Below, piece after piece: positions 17,470 to 30,834 of a DNA stretch of 63,806 bases (position 1 is its first letter; every line of letters starts with the position of its first letter). The notes under the pieces were generated by a model. It ran no database searches. It was not told the origin of the DNA and worked only from the letters and a program-made list of their open reading frames with translations. Where the stretch lies: NCBI RefSeq assembly GCF_016433145.1, contig NC_058130.1, forward strand, positions 647,196,120 through 647,259,925, given 5' to 3'. Both the position numbers and the translations under genes were made by a program. The stretch is from Gracilinanus agilis (lineage: Eukaryota).

Positions 17470-18050
17470 GTTAGGTGAGATTGTGGTCCTATTTCAATCT
17501 GAACTGGCCAGACCACTATTGTGTTCAAGTTTGGGCACCTTATTTTAACAAGGACACTGACAAACTGGAAGATGGCCAAAGTAGGATGGCCAGGATAATA
17601 AAGAGAATTGACATAATGACCCAAAAATTTCAGTTGAAAGAACTAGATATGTTTAGTTTGGGGCACGATAGCAGTCTTTAAAGACATGAAAAACTATCAT
17701 GTAGAAAATAAATTCATCTTATTTTCCTTTGCTACAAAGAGAACTGGAAATTATATGTCTGATTTACAAAGAATTAGATTTAGAGGGACATATCCAAATA
17801 AACAGTGCTATTCGAAAGCAGAACACGAAGTTTAGTCTAGTAAGCAAGGACTTACTGTGTATGTACTCTGGACCAGGCACTATGCTAAGCATTAGAGAGA
17901 CAAATAATTTTGAAGAATGTCTTTGAAGATAATGGGTTTCCCATCAATGGAGATCTTTGATGGCCACTTATGAGGGATGTTATAATGAAGATTCTTTTTT
18001 CTAGGAAAAGTAGAAGTAGATTACCTTTGAGGTTTATTTGACCTGAAATT
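17470..18050 (+). mobile_element. L3/CR1 LINE 3' remnant
   Basis: Translates YCVQVWAPYFNKDTDKLEDGQSRMARII...LKELDMFSL, resembling the CR1 RT C-terminal YCVQFWAP..KKDI.KLE.VQRRA..M motif. Confidence 0.8.
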
Positions 18051-21000
18051 TTGGTAATTCTGTAATTGCAGTCCAGTTTTCTTTTGCTATAACACAATAG
18101 TATGTATTGAATTAGAAGTAAATGAAATAACCCTTGATGATTTCCTGAAGAAAGTGATAATATGTGTTTGGTCAAATTCACATATAACTTCCCCCACAGT
18201 TTATATTTTTGCACTGAAATTATCCTATACATGGAATTATTTGATCTTCTAAAGACACAACAACCCCTTGTGCATATCACTATGCTATATACCTTGGGCA
18301 GGATATAAATCTGTGCCTGAAATCTAAGATTTTGAGATCTCATACCTTCGTTGGTGCATCTTCCTATATATGCTATCAGGGATTCAGAAGACAGGCAGTG
18401 GAAGGCATTAAAAAAGGGGAAAAATCAATAAACCTAGGTAAATTACCAATTAAATAATTAATGAGTCTCTGGCTAGTTGGAAGTTTACTCCATCTGCTCC
18501 AACTTGCTTCAGAATTAGGTCTAGAAAAGATAATCCAAAAGCTTGTCGGCTTTTAACCTGGTATGTATTTTCATCCTCATTTTGACTAGTTCTAGTTCTG
18601 GTTCTCCAGTAATCATAGAATCTTACAATGAATACTGTTGATAATCCTCTCCTTTCACAAAGGAAGTCTCCTTTGTAACACATTAAAGTCATGGAATGAC
18701 TTTAGACCTGGGAAGAACCCCCACTAAGAGCTAACCTATGCTTCATTTCTTGGCCAACGACATTAGGAGACAGAATGGTCAAGTGACTTACTCCAAGGCA
18801 CATAGGCAGAGTTAGAATTTGAACCCAGGTCTTCCAGCCATAAATCCAATACCCTTTCCACTACATCATAAAAATGAAGCCATTGTACGAAGACCTGACT
18901 TAGAACTAGTTGGGATGCTGCTCGCTGTTCCTGTGGCATCCCTCCTCCTTCCTCCTGCCTTCCCACTCACTTTGGCAGCTGAACAGCCTAACATCACAGC
19001 CCTAAGTATAGAAACCAGAGCTCTGGCCGCTTGCTTTATCTGTCCTCCTGGTCTTTCCAGCACACAACTTTCCCGACAAGGAGGAGGTAATTAAGTGTAT
19101 TGGTCCAAAAGTCCCTTTCAAGATGCATGACTCAGAGCGAGAGAGAAGAAGAAGAAGAAGAAGAAGCCGGTTCTGGAAGGGGCTCCAGACTGTAGGAGGG
19201 ATAGCGGGCTGTACAAGAAGGAAATCAGCAGGAGGGCAGCAGAGGTTTTAGAAGTCTGTGGTAGATTATCCTCAAAGTGGCTAATCGACTGGAAGTTGAT
19301 TGAGAGTTGGCTGTTATTAATAAACATCAGTGACTCCCCAAAGAGAGCAAAGCATCTGTGCCACCAAAACCCAACCAATCAATCAGGGTAGAATCATGAG
19401 GCAAACGTGGGCAAGCTGACAAGTCTCCATCAGTTTATATACCAGTATGGAATTCAATACATCTCATTAATTCACAGTATCATGGAAATTCAGACACTGG
19501 GCGGATAAAAGTTTACCTTGGTATTATCTATGAGGAAGAGTTTGCTAAGCAAATTAATAATGTAAACAAGATCAAAAGAGAGAGAGGGGGGAAAACTGTT
19601 TTCAAGCACCGTCTTAGCTCTGTTTTGCATATGAACAACATACAGTAAAAGAGTTTTATTTCGGCAAAACTTTTAGTCTTTTTAAGTTCCCGTATGATTC
19701 GGCCAGTTCTCAGGGAGAGGAAATCCTTACCTGACCAGGTTGGAGCAGCACTTGGGCTTTAGAAAAGTCAGTCAAAAAACAATTATTAGGTGGTTACTAT
19801 ATACGAAGCACTATGTTAAGCACTAAAGATACCAAAACGAAAAGAAAAGATAAATCATCTAAGGCAAGGGTAAATGCATAAAGGATATTTTCCTCTCTTC
19901 AGGGAGGGTCAACGATAGAAGAAACAAATCAATAATCTGAAGACATCCCTTTACATGGACATGTCAGTCTGATATAATTAAACCCATCTTGAAGCGTTAG
20001 GGAGAATTCCTTAGTCATTACAACTTCAAAAAGGCTGCCTTGCGAGAAGATCGGCTCCCTATTGATAAAAGAATCAACAAACCCTTATTAATTTCCTATT
20101 ATGTGCCAAGTGATGGAGCTATAACTACACAAGTGGAAAAAATACCTGCTTTCATCAAATTTATATTCTACAGGGGGACACAGCATGCCCATACGAAATA
20201 AATATGGAATATGGACAGTGAGATATAAGAAAAACCGGTTTAGGTAGAATGTAGGGTTCAGGGAGGGATATACTACATACTAGCACTGGGAAGGCAAGTG
20301 GAGACCAGGTTTATAAGGAACTCTTAGAGTCAAGCAGAATTTATATTTTATCCTAGAAGCCATGGGGAGCCACTGAAGTTTCCCAAGATATAAGAGTAAC
20401 ACGTTCAGATTGTCAACTAACTTAGAAAGCATCTACTATGTGCAGAGCACTGTGCTACATCCTGGATGCAATTCAAAATTTGCTTTTAGGATTCTTATCG
20501 TCTAAAACTGTACATGCAAAAACTATGACAACCTGCAATTCTCATACCGAATGGTAAGTTGGACGAGGTTCAGAGGATCATAGATTTAGAGTTGGAAGAG
20601 TCTTTGGAGGGCATCAGATGACTTCAAAGGAATCTTTCAACCCCGAGTCTATCATGAAAGGCATCACCCATGATAAAAACAGTTTTAGTAGAGCTAGAAA
20701 GTGGCTTGAGACATGAGTCATTTTCTTTAACTCAAAAGGCCTTTCTCAATCCCATCTTTTCAGTTTTTTTGTTTGTTTATTTAAATGGTGTTCAGCAATC
20801 CAATTAACATTACTAGATGAATTAGGTACAAATTCTGTCAACAAGGGGGGATGGAGAGAATAAAGATTTATTCAGTGCTTCCTGTATTTCAGGCACCATA
20901 TTAAGCATTTTACAAATATTATCTCATCTGATTCTCACAACAATCCCTGTGAGGAGCTGTTAGTATCCTCATTTTTTAAAGTTTAGGAAGCTGAGGCATA

Positions 21001-22252
21001 TAGAGGTTAAGTGGCTAGTCCAGGGTCACAAATCTGATGTGTTTAAGGTCAGACAAGAAAACACATGCCTTTCTTTGGATTTTCTTACTTTCAGTTGGTG
21101 TTGATTATGATGAGATTGTTTCTTTTTCCTCCCCTAAAAGGAAACATTTCTAGATTCTAACACAAGACCTTTAGAAACGTACTCATTAGAGAAGAAAGCT
21201 TTAAGAAAAGCAGAATAATTCTGTGCTTTAACTACCATTCTCCATTTTTTTATAGAGAGGTGGGGTGCACCATTAAGGATACAGAAATAGAGAAGGAATA
21301 AAGACAACAAAAAACCCACTGAATTTGCTAAACTTTTTTTAATTAGAAAGGATATTTCATAAAACTATTAAATTAGATCACGTATATTAGACATTGATCT
21401 ATACAGACAGTAAAGCATAGTGTAAATGAGACTGAATTTTGGTCCTTAGGGTTTAAGTTTGAATCTGAGGCTCTATAATAACTAATGTGGCCTCAGGCCA
21501 TTATGTAACATCTTTGGTCCTAAGCTTCTTCTTCCATAAAATGACTAAGAGTTCCCCAAAATCCCTTTCAACTCAAAACAATATAAAGCACCAAGGAAGA
21601 ATTTTACATATTTGAGATATTATTGACAATTGATATGGATAATTCTTCTCTTGAAGAGGCATTCAAAAATGGCTTCCAATTTCTGTACATGGAGCCCCAT
21701 CAATGCACCAAAGAAAGGAGAGGAAGATTGTGGGTTAACCTGAAGCTAGTTTTAAAAATGCAGTGAAATATTTAAGACCTCTCTGTACTTGGGATACAAA
21801 GACAAAATGTAAAGCAGTCAAAAGGTTCAAGGATTTAATATTTTACTTGGAAAATAACTGATAGCCATAGGTGAATATGTAACTTAGGTAACTGAGAGAA
21901 GTTTCTGGATCAAGTTTCCAAGAGGAAATTGATTTAGAACTCTTCACAAGATCTCAAAGATGAAAGGGACATTAATGGTCATCTAATTTAGTTCCCACCT
22001 GACACAGGATCACCTCAACAACACAAGTGTTCGTCCAGCCTTACTCTATTAATCCTGTCACAAGTATCTGAGATGACCAAGAAAATATTTTCCTAAAACT
22101 GGTTTAGAGATAAGGATTCTACAAGGAAGCTAGTAAGATGAATTAGACACTTTTTTTTTCTTGGAAGCCTCCAATGAGTGGGATACCAACTCTCTCATTA
22201 GGAAGGCAATTCTGCTCTTCAATAGCTCAAACTTTTAGGCAGGTTTTGTATA

Positions 22253-22690
22253 TTTTTTTTCTTTTTTTAGTTATTTTTCTTCTTAAAAATATTTTAACAT
22301 ATTTATACAATTCGTTTTCTTTCCCTCCCCCTTTCCAGAGGCCACTTTCACTGGGCTATATAAATGTTATCACTTATACCTATTTCCATATTGTTCATTT
22401 TTACAATAGAGCAATCTTTTAAAACCAAAACCCCAACTCATACCCATATAAGTAAATGATAAGTCATATGTCTTTCTCTCAATGCAGATAGCCTTCTTTC
22501 TCACAAGTCCCTTGGGATTGTCTTGTGGTAGCAAAGTCCATTACATTGGATTGTTCTACAGTGTTTCACTTTCAGTGTACAATGTTCTCTTGGTTCTGCT
22601 CATTTCACTCTGCATCAGTTCTTGGAGGTTCTTCCACTTCATATAGAAATCATACAATTCATCATTCCTTACAGAACACTAATATTTTAT
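22253..22690 (-). mobile_element. Older marsupial L1 3' end
   Basis: T-rich tail, cctatttccatattgttcat, aaagtccattacattggattg, gtacaatgttctcttggttctgctc shared with other L1 3' ends here. Confidence 0.75.
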
Positions 22691-22811
22691 CCTGATATTT
22701 TTAAATAGGCTTCTTTTCTGCTCTCACTCATTGCTTCTAGATTTTCTTATAGGGTGATGGAGAAAAAAAATCTAATCCCACCCCCTTCGATGTAATTGCC
22801 ATTTACTTCTT

Positions 22812-23002
22812 TTATTTTTAAATTTTAAACCCTTAACTTCTGTGTATTGACTTATAGGTGGAAGAGTGTTAAGGGTAGGCAATGGGGGTCAAGTGACTTG
22901 CCCAGGGACACACAGCTGGGAAGTGTCTGAGGCCGGATTTGAACCTAGGACCTCCTGTCTCTAGGCCTGGCTCTCAATCCACTGAGCTACCCAGCTGCCC
23001 CC
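22812..23002 (-). mobile_element. Young opossum-type SINE (SINE1_Mdo-like), full length with 15-bp TSD
   Basis: Perfect TSD TGCCATTTACTTCTT at 22797-22811 and 23003-23017; ends ...actgagctacccagctgccccc. Confidence 0.95.
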
Positions 23003-23464
23003 TGCCATTTACTTCTTGAAGACAACTTTCATATTCTGTCTTATCTTTGCCAAAGAAACATGAATCTTCAATTGATCCTCTAATCACATGATCTCTTTCA
23101 TCTTCCTAATCAATCAAGAAGCTTTCTACCTTATCAATATCCTTCAAAAAATGGCACCCAGAATTGAACAGAGTGCTCCAGAGTATGTTAGAACTATCAC
23201 CCTCTGAAAATTAAGGATTATATTGTTTGCCTCAGTATCCTTACCTGAAAAATTAGGTAGAAGAGAAAATGTCAAAACATTCCAGTATTTCTGCTAAGAA
23301 ACTCTTAAATGAGGTCACAAAGAGTCAGAAATGACAAAAATGACTGAAGTGACTGCACAATAACTCTTTAAACATCGATTGTTTGCATTTACTTTTTTGG
23401 AAGGGAGAGAGGAATATGAAAGCATAGGCATCTTTCTTAAAAGTCTATTTGTTTTCATAAAAGT

Positions 23465-23950
23465 TGTGGAAAATCAATATTAATCTGTATCCTTTTTTTG
23501 GTTCCCCCAAACAACCTTTTAATTTTAAAGCAAGAAAGTCTTAACTGAAGCTCTGAACTATATCTCCCTAAGATCATGGGTAGAATACTTCTTTTATCTA
23601 TCATGCTAGGAGATGCTGTCTGGGCACTGTGAGGCCATTCTAAACTTTGTGTTGTTATTCCTGGTATCTAGAAGACTGGCTTCTTATCTAGTCTGAGCTC
23701 TGAGCCTGACAATCAGAGAGGCTTGGGACAGGAACGTAGTTAGGAGCATAAATTGGTGGAGAGAACAAGAAGTCACTTTCCTCCTAAAATCATAGACTTA
23801 GGAGAACATGCAATAAAACCTCACAGAGGAAGCAGATAAAAGAGTTAGCCAGCAACACATGCCTCGGGCTTCTCTCTTTCTCTGGCCTACTTTTTGCTAT
23901 TTAATAAATAATTGTAAAATTAAAATATGGTCACCAGAGAATTTTAATCA
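23465..23950 (+). mobile_element. Probable solo LTR
   Basis: Begins TG, AATAAA at ~23902, ends ...caccagagaattttaatca; 3' end resembles that of the minus-strand LTR at 30579. No TSD found. Confidence 0.5.
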
Positions 23951-23959
23951 TTTTTCCTT

Positions 23960-24215
23960 CATATTGTTATTGTTGTTTAGCTGTTTCGATTGTGTCTGAC
24001 TCTTCATGACTCCATTTAAGATTTTTTTTGGAAAAGATACTGAAGAGTTTTGTTATTTCCTCCTCCAGCTCATTTTATAAATAAGGAAATTGAGGCAAAT
24101 AGGGTTAAATGATTTTTCCAAGGCCACATAGCTAGTAAGTGTCTAAGGCTACATTTGAACTCAGGGAGCTATGGCATCCTGACTCTGGTTCTGGTGCTCA
24201 ATCCACTGTGCTACC
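23960..24215 (-). mobile_element. MAR1-type CORE-SINE
   Basis: ttgttgtttagctgtttc...gactcttcatgactccattt...ggaaaagatactg...tccagctcatttt pattern. Confidence 0.7.
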
Positions 24216-24329
24216 TAACTATTGGTTAAAGGTTATTATAATCATCTCCAGTGAAAGGAAAATACTTAATTACAAAATCAGTCACTATTTGAAAACCATT
24301 CTTCGCAAGGTGTCCTGAAAAAAGAAGTT

Positions 24330-24690
24330 TCTACTGCACCTGGGTCAGGTCACATGATGAATATTATTTTCAGTTCTGGGTGCCATATTTTAGGCAATGT
24401 CATTGGCAAATGGAAGAATGCTCAGAGGCCAGAGAGTAGGGTAGTGAAGGGCTTTGAGATCATTCTATTATGAGAATCATTTGAAATAATGATAATATTT
24501 AAACAGGAGAAAAAAGACTATGAGGAGTTTTAAATGGTCTTCAGTTATTTGAAGGGCACTTATGCAGAAGATATAGTTAACTTGTTCTGATTTATCCAAA
24601 AGGGTCAAAAGATGCAGATATATTCATTTCAGACTGCTGAAGGGAAACTCTTAACCTTAAAAATTATCCCAGAATGGAATGGCACATTGC
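24330..24690 (+). mobile_element. L3/CR1 remnant
   Basis: ttcagttctgggtgccatattttagg...tggcaaatggaag...gtcttcagttatttgaagggc similar to 17470-18050. Confidence 0.6.
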
Positions 24691-26431
24691 CAACTAAGCA
24701 GAATTATATTTCTAGTCTTGGTCAAGTATTTGTGCTGATAAGAGTTTCATTCTTTTATTATCTTCCTTGAAGAATCATTCTCATTAGATTGTAAGCTCCT
24801 CCAAGGTGAGGATTGTCTTTGGTCTACCTTTATATTCCTAGCATTCAGAATAGTGCCTGTTACTACACAGTAGGCATGTAAGTATTTATTAATTAATTGG
24901 TAATTGATTGATTCTTCAGCAATATGCTTTTTTTAGATTTATCATAGGCAAAAACATTCAAAAGAAAGTATATCCAAGTCTACTTTGGAGTGTTGTGTGT
25001 GGAAATAAAGACCTTGATCCCAGTTTTTCTAAAGATTTTCTATAGCATCGCACAGTATACAATTACATCATGAAATTTTAAGAGATTTTATAATTAAATT
25101 TATTCAATTAAATGACTTGTTTTAAATGAATTTCAAATTTTAGCTTAATAGATTTTAATGAATTTAAAGTTAATAGTTTTAATAATTTTAAACTCAAGTT
25201 TGGAGATTAAAGTTCCCAATCATTGGAAGTCTTTAGGTGAAGACTGGATAAATACTTATTAGGGATGTTACAAAGAGATAGCATGGTGTTGATTGACAAA
25301 TTTAGATCAGAATGTCCTAAAATCAAATCCTACCACTGATACTAGCTACAGAACCATGGACAAGTCATCTAGCCTGTTGGCCTTAGTTGCTCACCTCTAG
25401 AAACTGAGGGAGTTAGACTAGGTGGTGTGTAAGGACACTTTCAGTTCTGAATCTATTTTCCTATGATCCTAATATAAAGATTGGCCTCTGAGGTCACTCC
25501 TGGCATGTGGATATAATAAAATGAACATCACTCCTAAATTGTCTGGTAAATTCATCTCAACTTGTGTATAGCACTGCAGAATTCATTCCTTAAAGTTTTG
25601 TTTTTTTTTTTTCCCCCTAGGGATGCCAGCCCAGCCAAAACCATGTCCTTACTCAAGGCTCATCCCTTCTGGCATGCAGAGATGAGGGTTGTCTCTGGGA
25701 CACCTGGAGGACATTTATAGAATCACTTCCCAAGTGGTTCTTTTCTGGATTAAAAGGCAAAATTATCTCTGGGCTGTTCAGGTAACATCTTCTAGCAGCG
25801 TGAAATTGTGTCAAACAGAAATTGAAGATGAATAAAACGAAGATCTGCACTCAGGATTATTCCTTTTGTGAAGCAGCAGAGCTCCTACACACGCTATTCT
25901 ACACCCCAAGTTTAGATTTAGGGAAATGGAGACATACTGGGCTTCTGAACAGGGCTGTGCACTGTGGCTTTGCCACAGGAAGGAACTCTGATTGAATAGA
26001 CTGACAAACGCTGCAAGCATATGCAATGAACCAAGTGGATACTACTTCAGGGCAGGATTACCAACGGTGTGTGTATTGGGGGGAGGGGGGTAATCAGTTA
26101 TCATAATTCCATTTTTATAATTTATGTTTGCATGAAAATGCTGATTTTAACCATTGCTACGATTTGAGTAGCATGAGCAACCTGTTTTCATTTTCGTGAA
26201 CTGTAGGGAATTACAGCATATCAGCTGAGTAATAATGCATGTGTAGCTTATTACTTCACTGAATACTAATATTAAATAGCTACTTTTTATAGGAACTATA
26301 TTTACAGAGCATGAATAGCTAAAATTCAAGACTAAAGAAATAAGGGCAAATGCCTAGGGGGCTCAAAGGTACACTTTCTGCACTAGTCAGTCAACTAGAA
26401 ATGATTAAGTACCTACTACGTGCTAAGTCGG

Positions 26432-26690
26432 GCAGTTTGGTGATACAATGGATAGAGTACTAGACCTGGATGGAGTCAGGTAGATTTGAGTTCAAATAGT
26501 CAGACACTTACTAGCTCTATGACCCTGGACAAGTCACTTAACCCCTATTTGCCTCAGTTTCTCATCTATAAAATGGAAACACACTGGTGAGGGAAATGGA
26601 AACCCACTATAGAATCTTTGCCAAGAAAAATCCATGGACAGACTCCATGGGGTCATGTAGAGTTGGACACAACTGAACAACTGATCAACA
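26432..26690 (+). mobile_element. MAR1-type CORE-SINE
   Basis: ggcagtttggtgatacaatggatagagtac...gaccctggacaagtcacttaacc...ctttgccaagaaaa...ggggtcatgtagagttggacacaactgaac. Confidence 0.75.
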
Positions 26691-26884
26691 AATTGTGCCA
26701 ACTACTATGCTAAATGCAAATAAAAAGAAAACAAAAGACAGCTCCTGCTATCAAGAAGTTCCCAGTCTAATGAAGAAGGCAACTGGCAAACCATATGTAC
26801 AAACAAGTTATGCAGAGGATAAACTGGAAGTAATCTCAGAGGAAAGGCACTAAGATTAAGGAGAACTGGGAAAGTCTGAAGGTG

Positions 26885-27078
26885 GAAGGCAGCTAGGTTG
26901 CATAATGGAGAAAGAGAGCCAGGCTTGGAGTCAGAAATATCTAGATTCTGGCCTCAGACACTTCCTAGCTGCATGAGGCTAGACAAGTCACTTATCTCCA
27001 TTTACCTAGCCCTTTCCACTCTTCTTTCTTAAAAATTGATCTTAGTATAATTTATAAGACAGAAGATAAGGATTTAAA
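26885..27078 (+). mobile_element. Older opossum-type SINE with 14-bp TSD
   Basis: TSD AAAGTCTGAAGGTG (26871-26884) / AAAGACTGAAGGTG (27079-27092); body ggcagctagg...gcctcagacacttcctagctg...agaagataaggatttaaaaa. Confidence 0.8.
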
Positions 27079-29129
27079 AAAGACTGAAGGTGAGACTTCA
27101 GCTCAGATTGGATGAAAGGAATTAGATTTATCAATCAAAAAGTATTTATTAAATACCAACTATATACTATATACTACATATATACTAAATACTATATACA
27201 ACTATATACCATGTGCTATGCAAGGCTTTGGAAATAAAGATCAAAGAATGAAATCATCTGTATTCACAAAGAGCTTACATTTTAATAAGGGACTACAACA
27301 TCCAAAAGGGAACTGAAAGATAATGGAGGGTGGGTAGAGATAAAATTATTTAGAAATCTAAATAAATGGTTTTGAAATCTGTAAGTTAAAATCAGAGATG
27401 GGAAGGAAATCAAAAAACAGACTAAAATGATGAACTAAAAGTAAGAGAATGTAATAAGAGCTAGCATGCATGTATTTAGTGCTCTAAGATTTCCAAAGGG
27501 CTTTAAATACATTATCTTATATGATCTTCACAATAACCTTGTGAAAATAGTTGCTATAATGATCTCCATTTTACAGTTCAAAAAACTGAAGCTGGGAGAA
27601 GTTAAGTGACTTACCCATAGTCATATGATTAACCTGAGGTATATTTTGAACTCAATTCTGCCTGATTCCATGTCCAACTCTCTACCATGATACCACCTAA
27701 ATGACAGTTACTGGAGATAAATATAACATTCAACATTCAAAAATCAGTTTTGCAAGGTCAAAATGGGAGATGCATGACCAGATAAATGGTTTATGTAAAA
27801 AAAATCTCCCAGTTTTATTTGACTGTATGATGAAGATGAGTCAACAGGGTAGAAATATCAGTCCAAAACCTGATTTTCTTTTAAGTTGTGTTAAGATAGC
27901 CCCAGCAATCAAAGAAAGGGGAATGTTATTTCCAAGAAATTCTGTCCTAGTCTGACCTGGATTTCAGACCAACTGAAATCTAGAACATTCTTTTCATTTT
28001 AGGGGCTTCATTTTAGCATTTTAGGAAGGAAACCAAGAAGCTGAAGAAGATTCAAAATAAGGCTATCAATATAGGGATGAGTTCTACAAATGTCTTTCTT
28101 CTCTTTGCCAAAATCAAACCTTCTCCTCATCCCTTTGTTCCTTTCCATTCCATGTATTTGCTCCTTCTCTCAATTTCATTCCTCGTCAATCTCCATTTCA
28201 TGTTCTATTTTCCAGGAAAACCAAATCATTAGATCTTTAGGGAATTTATCATCTCCCTGATTTCAGACAGTTCATTTCTTACAATTAGAATGAACTCTTG
28301 CCCACTTTGAACTCTCAGAATCTGTCTCCCTCCAATGTTTAATTATGGCACCATCTCCTTTTTGAAGCCTTTCCCAACCCTCCTCCAACCTCATATATAT
28401 TTGTAAGGGTTCTTTATCTTCCCAAGTTGGCTTTCACTTTATTTATTTGTGCCCATATTGTATAAGATCTTTGAGAGCCAGAAGTATCTCATTTTGTTTT
28501 TGTATTCCCAGAGGCTAGCACAATGAGTCATACACACCCCTACACCCCACAGGCATGTACATGTGTGCCCGTGCACAAAAATATAGATACAGGTGCATAA
28601 TGCATGGCCATTCATACACATATGAAGATATAATGTGTGTAGGTGTTTGTATGAACATATGCATGCATACATATAAATATAATACACTTTTAGACATACA
28701 TACACATACATATATTAAAATGGACTTTACCTCTGGTTTCACTCATGTAGGAAGGAAAACCTCAATGAAGAAATATCTTCTTTTATCAATATTAGCATCT
28801 GTTGTATAACTTATATCTTAGAGTATTCCCCTGGATAGTGAGAAGTTACGTGACTTGCTCAGGGTCACAAAACCAGATTGTGTTAGAAGTAAGACTTGAA
28901 CCCAGGTCAGAGGCTAGCCCTCTAGCAACTATTTTATGTTACATTGCCTACACAATAGCCTTCTCCACTTTAAATCTTTTCTTCTCAATATCAAACAACC
29001 AAAATTCCTAAAACTGATTCTTATATGTCATGTAACAATATAACACCATAAATATTCACTAAGTAGTGGGTGTTTAAGAAATGTTTGTGGCATTGTGGCA
29101 TTTCTTGTCATATGAGTTCAGTTTCCATG

Positions 29130-30060
29130 AGGATCTCAAAGAGGCAACTCTAAATTCCATGTAAATGATGTCCAGACCTAAATATCAATTCCCAGACTCT
29201 TTCCTAAACTTTAGTCCTGAATCATCAACTATCTACTAATATATCTCTAAATCTATGTCCCATAGACATCTCAAACTCACATATCCAAATAAAACTCATT
29301 ATCTTTCCCTCAACTCCTCTCTTTTTCTTAACATCTCTATTTCTGTTCTGGATAACACCATTCTTCTCATCAGAGTCATCTACATAACTTCAGAGTTATC
29401 CTCAACACTTCTCTCCTCCTTACCCTTATATTTACTCAGTTGCCAAATCCTGGCAATTCTACCCCCACAAAATTTCTGCTCACAACAGCTACCACCCTAA
29501 TTCAGACCCTCCTCACCTCTCACCTAGATTATTGCAATTGCCCCATAATTAATCTTTCCAAATCTACTCTCATATCACCAATACTCTTTTAATCCAGCTG
29601 GAAAATTGATATTCCTAAAGCAGCTAAAGGAAATATTAAAGAAAGCTCAAGTGGCTCTCTCTTGTCTCTAGAATAAAATAAAGTCTCAATTGTTTGAATT
29701 TTAAGATCTTTAAGTCTTTCACAATTTATTTCCAGCTTGACATTCTAGGTTTATTACACCTCACCTTCCTTCACACACTCCATGTTCAAGTCACACTGCC
29801 CAACCTTCTGATCCTTCATGAAATTCCTTCTCCTATCTTTGTGTCTCTGCACAGGTCATTCCTAATGCCAGGAAGGGATTTTGTACTCACTTCTGGTTTA
29901 TGGAATCCATGACTTCCTTCAAGGCTCATCTCAGGTGGCATTTCCAACAGAAAGCTTATTCCAAAACTTAGTTGCACATGTGCTCACCACAGAGCTTATT
30001 TGATATCTAGTTTTCTGTGTACATTACCTGACACATTGAAGACACTTAATCATTGCTTGT
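29130..30060 (+). mobile_element. L2 LINE remnant
   Basis: catagacatctcaaactcac...aaaactcattatctttccc...cacctagattattgcaat pattern shared with 13270-14330. Confidence 0.7.
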
Positions 30061-30578
30061 CAAAAGAGCAAATGGAAGATGTTATGACCACTTCCTGGGA
30101 ATAATGAGGAGGGCATTTCTATTCAAACTGGAATTGATTGACTTCTGAAGGGTCTTCCAACTCTATCCTATCATTTTGATTTTATAAAGGATTTAAGGGG
30201 TGCACAGTCGAGGGATGTGGGAGGTGGAAAGGGAGATTTCTAAGCCACAAGAGAATAGACTGAGAAGATAAATTTAAAAGACAAGGAGGCGAGTTTCAAA
30301 GCTAAACTTACATTGGCAACGGTTGAAGCTTGGAAAATAAGGGAATGGATAAATATAAGATTGTTGAGGACACTAGGATGTCTTGAAAAATCAGTTGAGA
30401 TGGCAAGAAAAAAAGTTTAAAATGTAATAATCAACATGCCAGAAACTGGTTAGTTGTAGGTGAAATTGAATTTCATGGTCATAATTGACAAATTATTTGT
30501 TATTTTATATTTTTAAAATACCTGATTAGTTAAAAGTTGTTGATGTTCTTTTTAATTTCTAACCAGCTTTGTTGATGC

Positions 30579-30786
30579 TGTTAAGATTAAAAATCTCTGG
30601 AGACAGTATCTTAATTCATAATTATTTATTAAATAATAAAAAGCAGGCCAGAGAAAGAAGAGGCACCAGTCACATGTGGCCAGCTGTTCCCTTCACACGT
30701 TTCCTCCCCTAGACTGCTGTGCCATCTTCACAGCCAGACCTCAGACACACAAGAGTTCTCATGGCCATCTCATATATCAGAAACTG

Positions 30787-30834
<48 letters not shown>

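Noticed and set aside
22994-23008. CTCF-like AGGGGGCAG created at SINE 5' junctions (also 63161-63171)
   Set aside because: Lacks the 5' CC(A/G)(C/G) part of the core or has the wrong G count; weak match.
28560-28720. CA/TA-rich stretch yielding Cys/His/Tyr-rich ORFs (similar at 46180-46260 and 1010-1060)
   Set aside because: Degenerate dinucleotide microsatellite, not coding.
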